Assembly (NCBI GenBank): GCA_964544225.1
Contig: CAZIZK010000002.1
Location: 141,212-205,211, forward strand
DNA length: 64,000 bases
Origin: an uncultured Candidatus Saccharibacteria bacterium
GTDB lineage: Bacteria > Patescibacteriota > Minisyncoccia > Phycocordibacterales > UBA9973
Reading direction: 5' to 3'
The notes beneath the pieces are model-generated. The model searched no databases. It saw only the letters and a program-made list of their open reading frames with translations, and had not been told where the DNA came from. Below, piece by piece: positions 18,177 through 27,438 of this stretch. Position numbers and translations under genes: made by a program. Within the stretch, counting starts at the first letter, position 1. Each line of letters opens with the position of its first letter.

Positions 18177-18734
18177 TTATTTTAAACTATAGACTTTTAC
18201 TCTTGCGGGTCTTATGATACGGTCGCCTATTTTGTACCCTGATTGCACAATAGTTGCAATAGTATGGTCTTGCGATGCGTCAGTAGTTTCAATAGTCTCG
18301 ATACTTTCATGTAGATTTGGGTCAAAGGCTACACCTGTCTGGTTGATAGCAGTTACATTGTTGTCCTCCAATACACGGGCGAACTGTGCACGTATGTATT
18401 CAATACCATTGCGCCAGTTTGCATCTACCTTCTCCCAAGCCTCTTTGTTACCCATAGCCATGTCAAAACTGTCGAGGGCTGGCAACAAGTCCTCTACAAA
18501 GTTGCTAGTTACTAGAGCCTTGATATCCTTTACCCTATTGTCTGTATCTTTCTGCAAGTTCACATAGTCGGCCTTTGCCCTCTGCCAGCCTGTTAGATAC
18601 TCCTCCTTTTCCTTCCTACAAACTTTTAAATCTTCGCGCAATTTCTTTGCGACGTCTTTTGTAGGCAGGGCCTCACCATCCTCGGTACTCTCGACAAATT
18701 CTAAGTCTTCGAATTTTTCTTCATTTTCTTCCAT
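18177..18734 (-). CDS. grpE: nucleotide exchange factor GrpE
   Basis: Coiled-coil N-terminus, GWQRAKADYVNLQKD, C-terminal beta domain with FDPNLHESI. Confidence 0.9.
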   Translation of the reverse strand: MEENEEKFEDLEFVESTEDGEALPTKDVAKKLREDLKVCRKEKEEYLTGWQRAKADYVNLQKDTDNRVKDIKALVTSNFVEDLLPALDSFDMAMGNKEAWEKVDANWRNGIEYIRAQFARVLEDNNVTAINQTGVAFDPNLHESIETIETTDASQDHTIATIVQSGYKIGDRIIRPARVKVYSLK

Positions 18735-18744
18735 AGTTTTCGTA

Positions 18745-18750
18745 TTATAA
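18745..18750 (-). promoter_or_regulatory. exact TATAAT -10 box, 11-16 nt upstream of the grpE ATG (very short leader, no SD)
   Basis: Minus-strand reading ...ttgTTATAATacgaaaactATG. No Shine-Dalgarno visible. Confidence 0.35.
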
Positions 18751-18752
18751 CA

Positions 18753-18783
18753 AAAAACACCTCCTTTCGGAAGTGTTTTTTTG
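18753..18783 (-). terminator. rpsI-operon terminator hairpin + T-run (minus strand)
   Basis: Minus strand: aaaaaaacacttccgaaaggaggtgttttttg. 8-bp stem with one mismatch. Confidence 0.55.
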
Positions 18784-18786
18784 AGA

Positions 18787-19197
18787 CTAACGTTTTGACC
18801 ATTGAGGGCTCTTTCTCGCTTTCTTCAAACCGAATTTCTTTCTTTCTACTTGACGAGGGTCGCGCTTTAGCATCTTGTTCTTCTTCAATGTTGAACGTAG
18901 TTCACCATCACTTTCAACTAGACAGCGAGCGATACCATGACGTACTGCTTCTGCCTGAGCGTGCACACCACCACCCTTTGTTGTTACGATAACTTCGAAC
19001 TTCTCTACACCTTCTGAAATATTTAGTGGGTCTGTAACTATCTTCTGGAGTTCTAGTGTTGGGAAGTAAACTTTCATTTCCTTGCCGTTGATAGTATATG
19101 AGTTCTTGCTAGCTTTGATAAGCTTTACAACTGCTGTTGATGTCTTGCGACGTCCAACTGCACGAATATATTCTTTTGTTGTTTTCTTTTCTGTCAT
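18787..19197 (-). CDS. rpsI: 30S ribosomal protein S9
   Basis: C-terminal RDPRQVERKKFGLKKARKSPQWSKR and GGGVHAQAEAVRHGIARCLV. Confidence 0.95.
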   Translation of the reverse strand: MTEKKTTKEYIRAVGRRKTSTAVVKLIKASKNSYTINGKEMKVYFPTLELQKIVTDPLNISEGVEKFEVIVTTKGGGVHAQAEAVRHGIARCLVESDGELRSTLKKNKMLKRDPRQVERKKFGLKKARKSPQWSKR

Positions 19198-19200
19198 ATA

Positions 19201-19563
19201 TTATTCTTTTATTGTTAAATTCTTCATCATAAGTGGACGAAGCTTGTTCGCAGGCAACATGTTGTATATTGCTAGACGGTAAAGCTCGGCTACACCCTTC
19301 TTGTCCAAGATAGCCTTGTTTGAAGCGAACTTCAAACCTCCTGGAAAACCTGAGTAGCGTTCATGCATAGTCTCGAGCATTCTCTTCTCAGACATCTTTG
19401 TCTTTGATGCATTTATGATCTCTACCTTTACAGTTGGAGCAACGTTTGCTGTGTAGTCTGGACGGTCTTTACCCATCAGAGCTTTTGCAACCACAGAAGA
19501 AACACGTCCTAGGGCCTTACCCTCTGCATCAATAGTTATTTTTGTTTTATTTGTGTTTGTCAT
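19201..19563 (-). CDS. rplM: 50S ribosomal protein L13
   Basis: Typical L13 N-terminus (IDAEGKALGRVSSVVAKALMGK) and operon position before rpsI. Confidence 0.93.
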   Translation of the reverse strand: MTNTNKTKITIDAEGKALGRVSSVVAKALMGKDRPDYTANVAPTVKVEIINASKTKMSEKRMLETMHERYSGFPGGLKFASNKAILDKKGVAELYRLAIYNMLPANKLRPLMMKNLTIKE

Positions 19564-19568
19564 AAATA

Positions 19569-19922
19569 TTATATAAATTCTATTATTGCCATCTTACTTG
19601 CATCACCAAGACGTGGAGGTAGCTTTGTAACACGTGTGTATCCACCTGTGCGATCCTTGTATTTTGGTGCGATAGTATCGAACAATTTACCTGCCTCTGC
19701 ACTGCGATTGTAAAGACGTGATATAACCAGTCTGCGTGCAGACAATGTGCCTACGTTACAGTTTGTTATTAGCTTCTCGATCATTGGTTGTAGTTCCTTT
19801 GCTTTTGCCTCTGTAGTCTCTATACGGCCGTGTGCAATCATAGCAAGCACAAGACCCTTCATAAGAGCGTTACGTTGGTTCTTTGTTCTTCCGAATTTTC
19901 TTTTGTTATCGTGATGACGCAT
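19569..19922 (-). CDS. rplQ: 50S ribosomal protein L17
   Basis: MRHHDNKRKFGRTKNQRNALMKGLVLAMIAHGRIETT is the canonical L17 N-terminus. Follows rpoA. Confidence 0.92.
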   Translation of the reverse strand: MRHHDNKRKFGRTKNQRNALMKGLVLAMIAHGRIETTEAKAKELQPMIEKLITNCNVGTLSARRLVISRLYNRSAEAGKLFDTIAPKYKDRTGGYTRVTKLPPRLGDASKMAIIEFI

Positions 19923-19956
19923 ATAATTTCATTAATTAAACAAGTGTGTTACTAAA

Positions 19957-20934
19957 TTATTCTTTCAGTGTTAAACCATAATTACCTAAAACTTTCTTGA
20001 TCTCTTGGATACCTTTCTCACCGATACCTTCGATGTCAAGCAAGTCCTCCTTCTTCTTACGTGCAATACCTCCTACTGTGCGGATATTTGCAGTCATAAG
20101 AGAATTGAGTGTACGTGTTGAGAAGTCTAGAGTGTCGATACGAGTCTTCAGTATATCTGTAAATTCACCACTCTCCTCCTTTGACTCTTCCTTTGAGGCA
20201 ACCTGAGCTACTTCAGCGGCTATTTCCTTTGCCTTTATCTTTTCCTTTGTGAAGCCTGCGATAGAAACTAACTGTTCGATCATTATCTCAATAGCGTTCT
20301 CCAAAGCCTGCTTTGGTGTAAGAGTGCCATCTGTCTCGATAGTCATACGTAGACGGTTGTGGTTTGTCTTGTCACCTACGCGCATGTTCTCTACTTCGTA
20401 TGATACACGGCGGATAGGAGTAAATATAGCATCTACTGCAATAGCACCGATCTCTGTCTTTGCCTTTTGGTGCATGTCCTTTGATACGAAGCCTAGGCCC
20501 TTTTCGATAGTCATTTCAATATTCAAAGATGCCTTGCCTGTAAGCTCAGCTATGTACATATCTGGGTTTAGTACTTCTACCTGGCCAGATGTTGTAATAT
20601 CAGATGCAGTAACAGTCTTTGGACCCTTTACTGAAAGTGTTACAGTCTGTGGCTCGTCTGTTGAAAGACGGAAGCGTACAGTCTTTAGATGTAGGAGGAT
20701 TGTGATAACGTCTTCCTTTACGCCGTCGATAGTTGAGAATTCGTGATCAACACCATCGATCTTCAATGATGTGATAGCTGCACCTGGGAGTGATGAAAGG
20801 ATGATGCGACGTAGAGAGTTACCTAATGTGTGGCCATAACCAGGATAAAGGCCATCTATTTCGTAGATACCTTTTGTTTCTTCCTCTTTAACTGTTGTTA
20901 ACTTTGATGGCAATATGATGTTTAAATCAGACAT
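19957..20934 (-). CDS. rpoA: DNA-directed RNA polymerase alpha subunit
   Basis: N-terminal domain ([24 protein letters not shown]) and C-terminal alphaCTD (HhH). 325 aa. Confidence 0.95.
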   Translation of the reverse strand: [325 protein letters not shown]

Positions 20935-20991
20935 ATGATTTGGGCAAGCAATGCTTGCAAATTATTATTTATAAAAAATAACCATACGTTA

Positions 20992-21600
20992 TTATCTACT
21001 GTAGAACTCAAGCACTGTGTTGAGATCGAGATAATCTTCTGTATTCTTTGGCTTACCTTCTACGACCCCAGTAAGCGTTTCTACATTGAACTTTAACCAT
21101 GCTGGCATAGTGTATTCCTTCATCTTCTCCGCAACATTTGCGAACAATACACTCTTCTTGATTCCTTCACGAACAGATATCTTGTCGCCTACACGTACAC
21201 GCTGTGATGCAACTGTACTTTTTACGCCATTCACTAGGAAGTGTCCATGAGATACCATCTGACGAGATAGACGGCGTGTGTGTGCAAGACCTAGGCGGTA
21301 TACCACGTTATCAAGTCTTGTTTCTAGTAGTTCGAACAATTGTTCCTTTGCTGGAGTAGTCTTTGAAGCTACAGATTCGTTGATGTAGTTTGCGAATTGC
21401 TTCTCACTTAGTCCGTAAGTAAAGCGAACCTTTTGCTTCTCGATGAATTGTAGAGCGTAACCAGATAGCTGCTTTGGGCGCTTGTCCTTGCGAGCTTTAT
21501 CGTGGCGAGCAGTAGACGCAACGAATTTAGGTGTTTGACATTTCTCAAACACTCCAGGACCCAATCTTCGGCAAATTTTATATTTTTGTGCTGTTTTCAT
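20992..21600 (-). CDS. rpsD: 30S ribosomal protein S4
   Basis: KICRRLG N-terminus, S4 RNA-binding domain (RLDNVVYRLGLAHTRRLSRQMVSHGHFLVNG). Confidence 0.95.
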   Translation of the reverse strand: MKTAQKYKICRRLGPGVFEKCQTPKFVASTARHDKARKDKRPKQLSGYALQFIEKQKVRFTYGLSEKQFANYINESVASKTTPAKEQLFELLETRLDNVVYRLGLAHTRRLSRQMVSHGHFLVNGVKSTVASQRVRVGDKISVREGIKKSVLFANVAEKMKEYTMPAWLKFNVETLTGVVEGKPKNTEDYLDLNTVLEFYSR

Positions 21601-21603
21601 ATT

Positions 21604-22014
21604 TTATACTCGTCTTGGTTTCTTAGGTTTAGGACCATTGTGTGGAACTGGTGTCATGTCTTTGATCATTGATATTTCAATATCATGAGCCATGAACGCA
21701 CGTACTGTAGGCTCACGACCACTACCAACTCCCTTTATAACTACATCTACTTCTTTTATACCGATAGCCTTTGCCTTTTCACCCAATACAGAACCTACTT
21801 TTGATGCAGCAAATGGTGTACCCTTCTTTGCTCCACGAAAACCTTGGCTACCTGCTGATGTCCAGAACAATGTGTTACCTTCTTTGTCAGATACAACAGC
21901 CTTTGTGTTGTTGAATGTTGCTTCAACGTGCAAAGTACCTGCAACCACCTTCTTCTTTGGAGTTTTTACAGCCTTTGGAGCACTATCTTTAGTTTTTGTA
22001 TTTTCTTTTCCCAC
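21604..22014 (-). CDS. rpsK: 30S ribosomal protein S11
   Basis: GTLHVEATFNNTKAVVSDKEGNTLFWTSAG...GVGSGREPTVRAF. Confidence 0.95.
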   Translation of the reverse strand: MGKENTKTKDSAPKAVKTPKKKVVAGTLHVEATFNNTKAVVSDKEGNTLFWTSAGSQGFRGAKKGTPFAASKVGSVLGEKAKAIGIKEVDVVIKGVGSGREPTVRAFMAHDIEISMIKDMTPVPHNGPKPKKPRRV

Positions 22015-22058
22015 GGTTTTAAAAGTTATAAATTGTTAAATAAAAATCAAGTTCAATC

Positions 22059-22439
22059 CTAAGTCTTTTCTGCCTTTCTGCGACCGCTTGTCATAGTCTT
22101 GCGAACGTTACCACGAACAGTACGAGAGTTTGTCTTTGTGCGCTGGCCATTTACTGGCATACGACGCATGTGGCGAACTCCACGGTAAGCTTTGATGTCT
22201 TTTAGACGCTTTACATTTGCTGCTATTTCACGCTTTAGTGTACCTTCGATAGTTAGACTTTCGATAACCTTACGGATAGCGTTCTCCTCATCTACTGATA
22301 GAGAGTCAGCTTTACGTATAGGGTCAACACCTGCTTCGGCTAGAACTTTACGTGCACGTGATAGACCAACACCATACAGAACTGTAAGTCCTATATCGAG
22401 ATGCTTTTCATTTGGGATGTTTATACCTAGGATTCTCAT
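22059..22439 (-). CDS. rpsM: 30S ribosomal protein S13
   Basis: MRILGINIPNEKHLDIGLTVLYGVG, C-terminal basic tail. Confidence 0.95.
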   Translation of the reverse strand: MRILGINIPNEKHLDIGLTVLYGVGLSRARKVLAEAGVDPIRKADSLSVDEENAIRKVIESLTIEGTLKREIAANVKRLKDIKAYRGVRHMRRMPVNGQRTKTNSRTVRGNVRKTMTSGRRKAEKT

Positions 22440-22441
22440 AA

Positions 22442-22552
22442 TTATTGTTTTTGTTTATGCTTAGGATTTGTACAAATAACACGCAAATGACCTGCGCGCT
22501 TTACGATCTTACAATTTGAACAAATTTTTTTAACTGCGGCTTTGATTTTCAT
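22442..22552 (-). CDS. rpmJ: 50S ribosomal protein L36
   Basis: Not in the supplied ORF track (36 aa). Manual translation of the minus strand gives [36 protein letters not shown] with the C-x2-C-x12-C-x4-H zinc ribbon. Canonical position between infA and rpsM. Confidence 0.85.
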   Translation of the reverse strand: MKIKAAVKKICSNCKIVKRAGHLRVICTNPKHKQKQ

Positions 22553-22669
22553 ATTTATAAAAATGACGAAATAAAATTAAAAGAATAAAGGATAATTACC
22601 CTAAATTCTTTGTTCGGCATATATCGGTGAATACTACACTATATCTATTAAAAATGCAAGTGGATATCA

Positions 22670-22888
22670 TTACAAGCGCTTTGTTATGCGCCCTTTGCCG
22701 CCATATGGGTCTAATAATACTTCTACCCTGTCTCCTATTAAGACCTTGATCCTGTGCATACGCATCTTACCAGACAAATATGCAATAAGTAGATCCTCCT
22801 TGCCTATATTGACTCTGAATTGGGTGTTCGGCAGAGCTTCCTCTACTGTACCTATAACTGTATTTGTACTGTCTTGTTTTTGATTCAT
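22670..22888 (-). CDS. infA: translation initiation factor IF-1
   Basis: S1-like OB fold: GTVEEALPNTQFRVNIGKEDLLIAYLSGKMRMHRIKVLIGDRVEVLLDPYGGKGRITKR. Confidence 0.9.
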   Translation of the reverse strand: MNQKQDSTNTVIGTVEEALPNTQFRVNIGKEDLLIAYLSGKMRMHRIKVLIGDRVEVLLDPYGGKGRITKRL

Positions 22889-22932
22889 GAATTAGTTCTA
22901 TAATAATACCAAATATATTAACGATAGTCAAT

Positions 22933-24369
22933 TTATTCAGTCTTTACAGTGATATAATTGGCTTTTTTAGGCAAGTTCTTCTGCCAAGGTGGGCGCAATA
23001 TTACACGAACATTCTCTATACCTGGGTCAGCCTTGAATATTTTATCCAGTTGGTCCACCTGCATGCCGACTATCGTTGTATGCAACTTCTCTAGATCTGG
23101 GTTCCATACCAAGTCGCCATCGCCAGACAAAGTAAAGTTAATATTGGTTGTTGATTTATTGATAACATCTGTTGGGTTCTTGTAAGCGAATATTAACTTT
23201 GACATGTCGGGTACTGATATTTCAGATATCTCATCAGCACCAACATTGGCATAGACAGCCTTTATGATAGCCTTCTGTAAATCTTCGGACTTGATCAAGA
23301 CGGCAGAGAGTGTGGCCTTGGCCTCGATCTTTGCATCGCTTGTTTTAGATGTTAGATTGTCTGAATTCAAATCTAATGTAAATTGTGAACTACCTGGGTA
23401 AAATATGTAGCCTGGTGGGACTTGGGCTTGGAGCTTCTTTTCTAGCTTGTTACGTAGCAACACTCCTATGTCGGTACTGATTGTGCCCTTTTCTGTAGCT
23501 GAAGGTGTGTATACATTGCCAGTCGCTCCACCTGAAAGCGATGTCTTTGACCGGGCATATATCTTGGTAGCCTTGGCGGTACCTTTGTAGCCAAATATTA
23601 CAAAGTCGCGAGGGTCACCATTGTACTTCTCGCCTGGGTTCTGCGCTGTGATACCTACCACAACACTACCTGGCACCACTTTTGTACCTGACATAGTGTA
23701 GCCTGGTATAGTTACAGCCTTGTCTGTCATATATATGTTCTTTGCATCGTCCTCTAGGCGTGTATTGATAAGTAGCTTTACTGGAGTCTTTGCAAAGGCA
23801 TTGTATATAACCACTTCCCCACGGGCCTTTGTGGAAAGCTCTTTTGTTTCGGTAAAAGTCATTTCCTTACTCTCGGTACCGTCGACTATCATTATCTCAA
23901 AGTGTAGTGCTGAAGACTCGGTCCTTTGCATGTTGAAAGCTTCATCGACAAATGTAAAATGTTGGACTTTATTGTGTACATATAAAGTTGCATGAGCAAA
24001 TATTACAGACAATGCGTATAGTAGGCCGATAAAAGCGAGCGCCAATATTATAAATATGGGCAATTTATTGTTGCGAGGCTTCTTTACTACGACTTTTTTA
24101 TTTATATGAACAGGTTCGTGGTGAACATGATGAGTTTTGCTTGCTTTTGTTACCTTGCCTTCCTCCTTGATTTTGATAGTTGCGACTTCTTCGTCAACAG
24201 AAGAATCGGTGTCTTGCTCCAGGAACTTCTTCTTTGACAACTTTTCTTCGAAAGTTTTGTCTTCGACAGGTTCAATAATATCCGTATCCTTCTGTGTGGA
24301 CTTCTTTTCTTTTACGACAGATATTTTGTTGTTTACACGAACTATATCTTGGATTGGGTTTCTTTTCAT
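22933..24369 (-). CDS. hypothetical membrane protein (478 aa): basic/acidic cytoplasmic N-terminus, single TM, large extracytoplasmic domain
   Basis: TM at LPIFIILALAFIGLLYALSVIFAHA. No catalytic motif recognised. Confidence 0.5.
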   Translation of the reverse strand: MKRNPIQDIVRVNNKISVVKEKKSTQKDTDIIEPVEDKTFEEKLSKKKFLEQDTDSSVDEEVATIKIKEEGKVTKASKTHHVHHEPVHINKKVVVKKPRNNKLPIFIILALAFIGLLYALSVIFAHATLYVHNKVQHFTFVDEAFNMQRTESSALHFEIMIVDGTESKEMTFTETKELSTKARGEVVIYNAFAKTPVKLLINTRLEDDAKNIYMTDKAVTIPGYTMSGTKVVPGSVVVGITAQNPGEKYNGDPRDFVIFGYKGTAKATKIYARSKTSLSGGATGNVYTPSATEKGTISTDIGVLLRNKLEKKLQAQVPPGYIFYPGSSQFTLDLNSDNLTSKTSDAKIEAKATLSAVLIKSEDLQKAIIKAVYANVGADEISEISVPDMSKLIFAYKNPTDVINKSTTNINFTLSGDGDLVWNPDLEKLHTTIVGMQVDQLDKIFKADPGIENVRVILRPPWQKNLPKKANYITVKTE

Positions 24370-24403
24370 ATTATTTATTTAAGATAAATTAATTACATAT
24401 TAA

Positions 24404-25591
24404 TTATAAAGGTAACATACGTGCTAATGCAATAGCTTCTACCATCAGGAACTGGTCACATATACCATCGGTAACTTTGCACATGTCCAAAAGTGCGGGC
24501 CCTTCGACAGTTACTACTGTGAACTTCTTGTCGGTAACAATGTATTGCGAATAATCACCACTTTCCAACACACCTTTGAACCATGATGCTGTGTCCGAGT
24601 CACCTACTAGGAATACTGTTGTTGGCAATGATATGGTTCTAGGCAGTGAAAGTATCGCATCGCGGAAAAGCTTTACCCAATCTTCGTGGATCTTCTGTAA
24701 TACTCCATCGACTTTGACCCTCTCTTCGTCGCTGAGCATACCTGTCGCATACATTCGGAATAGTGATCGTGCACCCTCTTCATCTTTAGCTAAAGATGTG
24801 GCAATACTGCGGATCACCGAGTTCTTACCCATAGGGAAAGACATCATAGCAGACAAAACACTGTTGGAAACTATGGCTACGTCAGTGATCTCGGCATTTA
24901 TATCGATTAGTAAGTACGATGGCGCTGTAATATACCTATCGCGGGCAGTAATAAACAATGATGATACAAAAGAACTATATGACACCTTTGTATTGTGGAA
25001 TACACGGGATACTGACTCCTCGATACCTTGTATACATGATTCCGGGCTAATACTTATAAATAGGTTGATATCGATAGAAGTAGCACGTTTACCTATTGGG
25101 TTGTCTGTACCATAGCCGTTGAGCAAACTATGAAGGACTTTACCTTCGAGTAATTTTGGCTTTGTGTATGAGCCAGCATACATCTTGCTGTATTTATCAG
25201 AAATCATCTTTAACTCTTTATCAATCATCTCATCGACGATCTTCTTTGTGATTAGGAAGGGTGTAGTCTTCTCCAGGTGGATTGTGCGTGTTTCGGACAC
25301 ATACCATGGCGAGTTGAGTGTACAGTATACTTGATCTGGGGCGCCAAGCTTCTTGTCATATAGATTCTGTGCGCAAGCAGCCAAAGATTGCTTCATGTCG
25401 GTGAAGAACTTGTCGAAATCCAACTCGGGTTGGAAAGATATAGGTACACGTGTCTGAGCTATAATATGTGGCGCCCAAAAACCAGTCGTATCCTTTGTAA
25501 ACTTCACAAGTGCCCCGCCAACTGAACCCGAGCCAATACCAAACATAGCTACGAGTTTACTATCATCTTTTTTTGTAGAAAAAATTCCCAT
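24404..25591 (-). CDS. hypothetical protein with possible actin-like ATPase (ASKHA: FtsA/PilM/MreB-like) fold
   Basis: N-terminal phosphate-1-like loop VAMFGIGSGSVGGALVKF. Weak overall. 395 aa. Confidence 0.35.
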   Translation of the reverse strand: MGIFSTKKDDSKLVAMFGIGSGSVGGALVKFTKDTTGFWAPHIIAQTRVPISFQPELDFDKFFTDMKQSLAACAQNLYDKKLGAPDQVYCTLNSPWYVSETRTIHLEKTTPFLITKKIVDEMIDKELKMISDKYSKMYAGSYTKPKLLEGKVLHSLLNGYGTDNPIGKRATSIDINLFISISPESCIQGIEESVSRVFHNTKVSYSSFVSSLFITARDRYITAPSYLLIDINAEITDVAIVSNSVLSAMMSFPMGKNSVIRSIATSLAKDEEGARSLFRMYATGMLSDEERVKVDGVLQKIHEDWVKLFRDAILSLPRTISLPTTVFLVGDSDTASWFKGVLESGDYSQYIVTDKKFTVVTVEGPALLDMCKVTDGICDQFLMVEAIALARMLPL

Positions 25592-25634
25592 GTAGTTCTA
25601 TTATACTACATAGGAATTTTTTGTGTAGATTATT

Positions 25635-27374
25635 TTAATCTAATATTGATTTTATGCGTCGCACACCAGCAGACACTGCTTCTTCTTTTTGGATTTTGAA
25701 GTGTCCAAGCTCCGAAGTATTTGTAACATGAGGTCCACCGCAGAACTCTTTTGATACTGCATTACCATTATTATCCTCAATAAAGTAAACTGAAACTGTT
25801 TCTGGATATTTTGCGCCGAACTCCATCTCGGCACCGAGACTTTCCGCCTCAGAAAGTGGCATCTCACGCCTGATCACATTCAGGCCTTGTGATATCTTTT
25901 CATTTACCATGTCCTCTACTTTCTTTTTTTCCTCATCAGTCATCTTGCGGTCAAATATAAAGTCGATACGTAGGCGTTCCTCGGTAATATTACTTCCACG
26001 CTGTTTAACACTCTTGCCCAATACCTCTTGCAGGCTTGCAAGTAATAGGTGGTGCGCAGTGTGTAGCCTAATAGTCTTTTCATTATGATTCGCAAGGCCC
26101 CCTTTGAACATGCCGGAGCTTGCTGTTTGTGATAATTTCTGGTGCTCGGCCATCTTTTTATTGAAATCTTCCCTATCTATTGCTATACCCTTTTCCTTTG
26201 CCAATTCTTCAGTCACTTCTATAGGGAAGCCGTATGTAGTTGCAAGTATAAATGGGTCTGTACCCTTCTCGAACTCTTTCAAGCCTTGCTCGAGAGTCTT
26301 TGTGAATTTATCATTCTCGCCTTTTATAACTTGGTTTATATTAGAACTATCAATATTTATGTAAGCTTCTTTGTATTTATCCTTTATTAGATTGATACAT
26401 GAATCGATATGACTGAAATCCAAACCCAATTTTTGATTATTCAATATTGCACGGCGAAGTAGTCGGCGAAGTATATAACCACGATCCTTGTTACTTGGTA
26501 GTACACCATCGGCTATCATAAATACAGATGTACGTATATGATCAGTGATAATACGAGCACTGCGTTCGTTGTAATCTGCAGTATTACTCTTTATATATTC
26601 CATTACAGCTTGCAATAGATCAGTATCGTATGCAGTATTCTTGCCTTGCATCACAGCTGTCATACGCTCCAGGCCCGCACCAGTGTCCACATTCTTCTGG
26701 CTCAACTTGCCTACAACTTTGCCATCCTTCTTTTCGTACTCCATGAATACGTCGTTCCAGATCTCTATTATCCTTTCCTCTTGGACAGCTTTTATAAAAT
26801 CATCTTTATTTAGGTCACCTATGCCACACACCATGTCGTAGAACATCTCACTACAAGGGCCACATGGGCCATTGTCGCCAGGACTCCACCAGTTATCTTC
26901 CGCAGGTAATGCGTATATCCTATGTTCAGGTATACCTAGGCTCATCCAAATATCTTTACTCTCGGTATCAATATCAGCATTCTCATCACCGGCAAATATA
27001 GTAACGTAGAGCCTATTTGGGTCAAGGCCAAGACCCTCTTCCTTACTAGTTAGGAATTCATAACTCCATTTTATAGCTTCGTCTTTGAAATAGTCACCAA
27101 GTGACCAGTTACCCAACATTTCAAAGAAAGAAAAGTGCCTATTGTCACCTATGTCATCCAGGTCGCCTGTACGAACACACTTCTGTATATCGGCAATTCG
27201 GTTACCCATTGGGTGCTTCTGACCGAGTAGGTATGGTACTAGTGGTTGCATACCAGCTGTGTTGAACAATACCGAAGGGTCGTTCTCGGGTACGAGTGAT
27301 GCAGAAGGTATTATATTGTGTCCACGAGATTCAAAGAATTTCAAGAATCGTGAACGAATTTCATTTGATTGCAT
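25635..27374 (-). CDS. alaS: alanyl-tRNA synthetase, short form (catalytic + tRNA-recognition + editing domains, no C-Ala domain)
   Basis: Class II motifs (FESRGHNIIPSASLVP, FNTAGMQP, RIADIQKCVRTGD, FEMLGNWSLGDYFK), editing-domain HTAHHLL and CGGPHV. Only 579 aa. Confidence 0.85.
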   Translation of the reverse strand: MQSNEIRSRFLKFFESRGHNIIPSASLVPENDPSVLFNTAGMQPLVPYLLGQKHPMGNRIADIQKCVRTGDLDDIGDNRHFSFFEMLGNWSLGDYFKDEAIKWSYEFLTSKEEGLGLDPNRLYVTIFAGDENADIDTESKDIWMSLGIPEHRIYALPAEDNWWSPGDNGPCGPCSEMFYDMVCGIGDLNKDDFIKAVQEERIIEIWNDVFMEYEKKDGKVVGKLSQKNVDTGAGLERMTAVMQGKNTAYDTDLLQAVMEYIKSNTADYNERSARIITDHIRTSVFMIADGVLPSNKDRGYILRRLLRRAILNNQKLGLDFSHIDSCINLIKDKYKEAYINIDSSNINQVIKGENDKFTKTLEQGLKEFEKGTDPFILATTYGFPIEVTEELAKEKGIAIDREDFNKKMAEHQKLSQTASSGMFKGGLANHNEKTIRLHTAHHLLLASLQEVLGKSVKQRGSNITEERLRIDFIFDRKMTDEEKKKVEDMVNEKISQGLNVIRREMPLSEAESLGAEMEFGAKYPETVSVYFIEDNNGNAVSKEFCGGPHVTNTSELGHFKIQKEEAVSAGVRRIKSILD

Positions 27375-27438
27375 AGAGGTAATATATCAAATTTTACGTA
27401 TTATTGCACTTTTTTTATTATCTTATTTCATTAAATTT

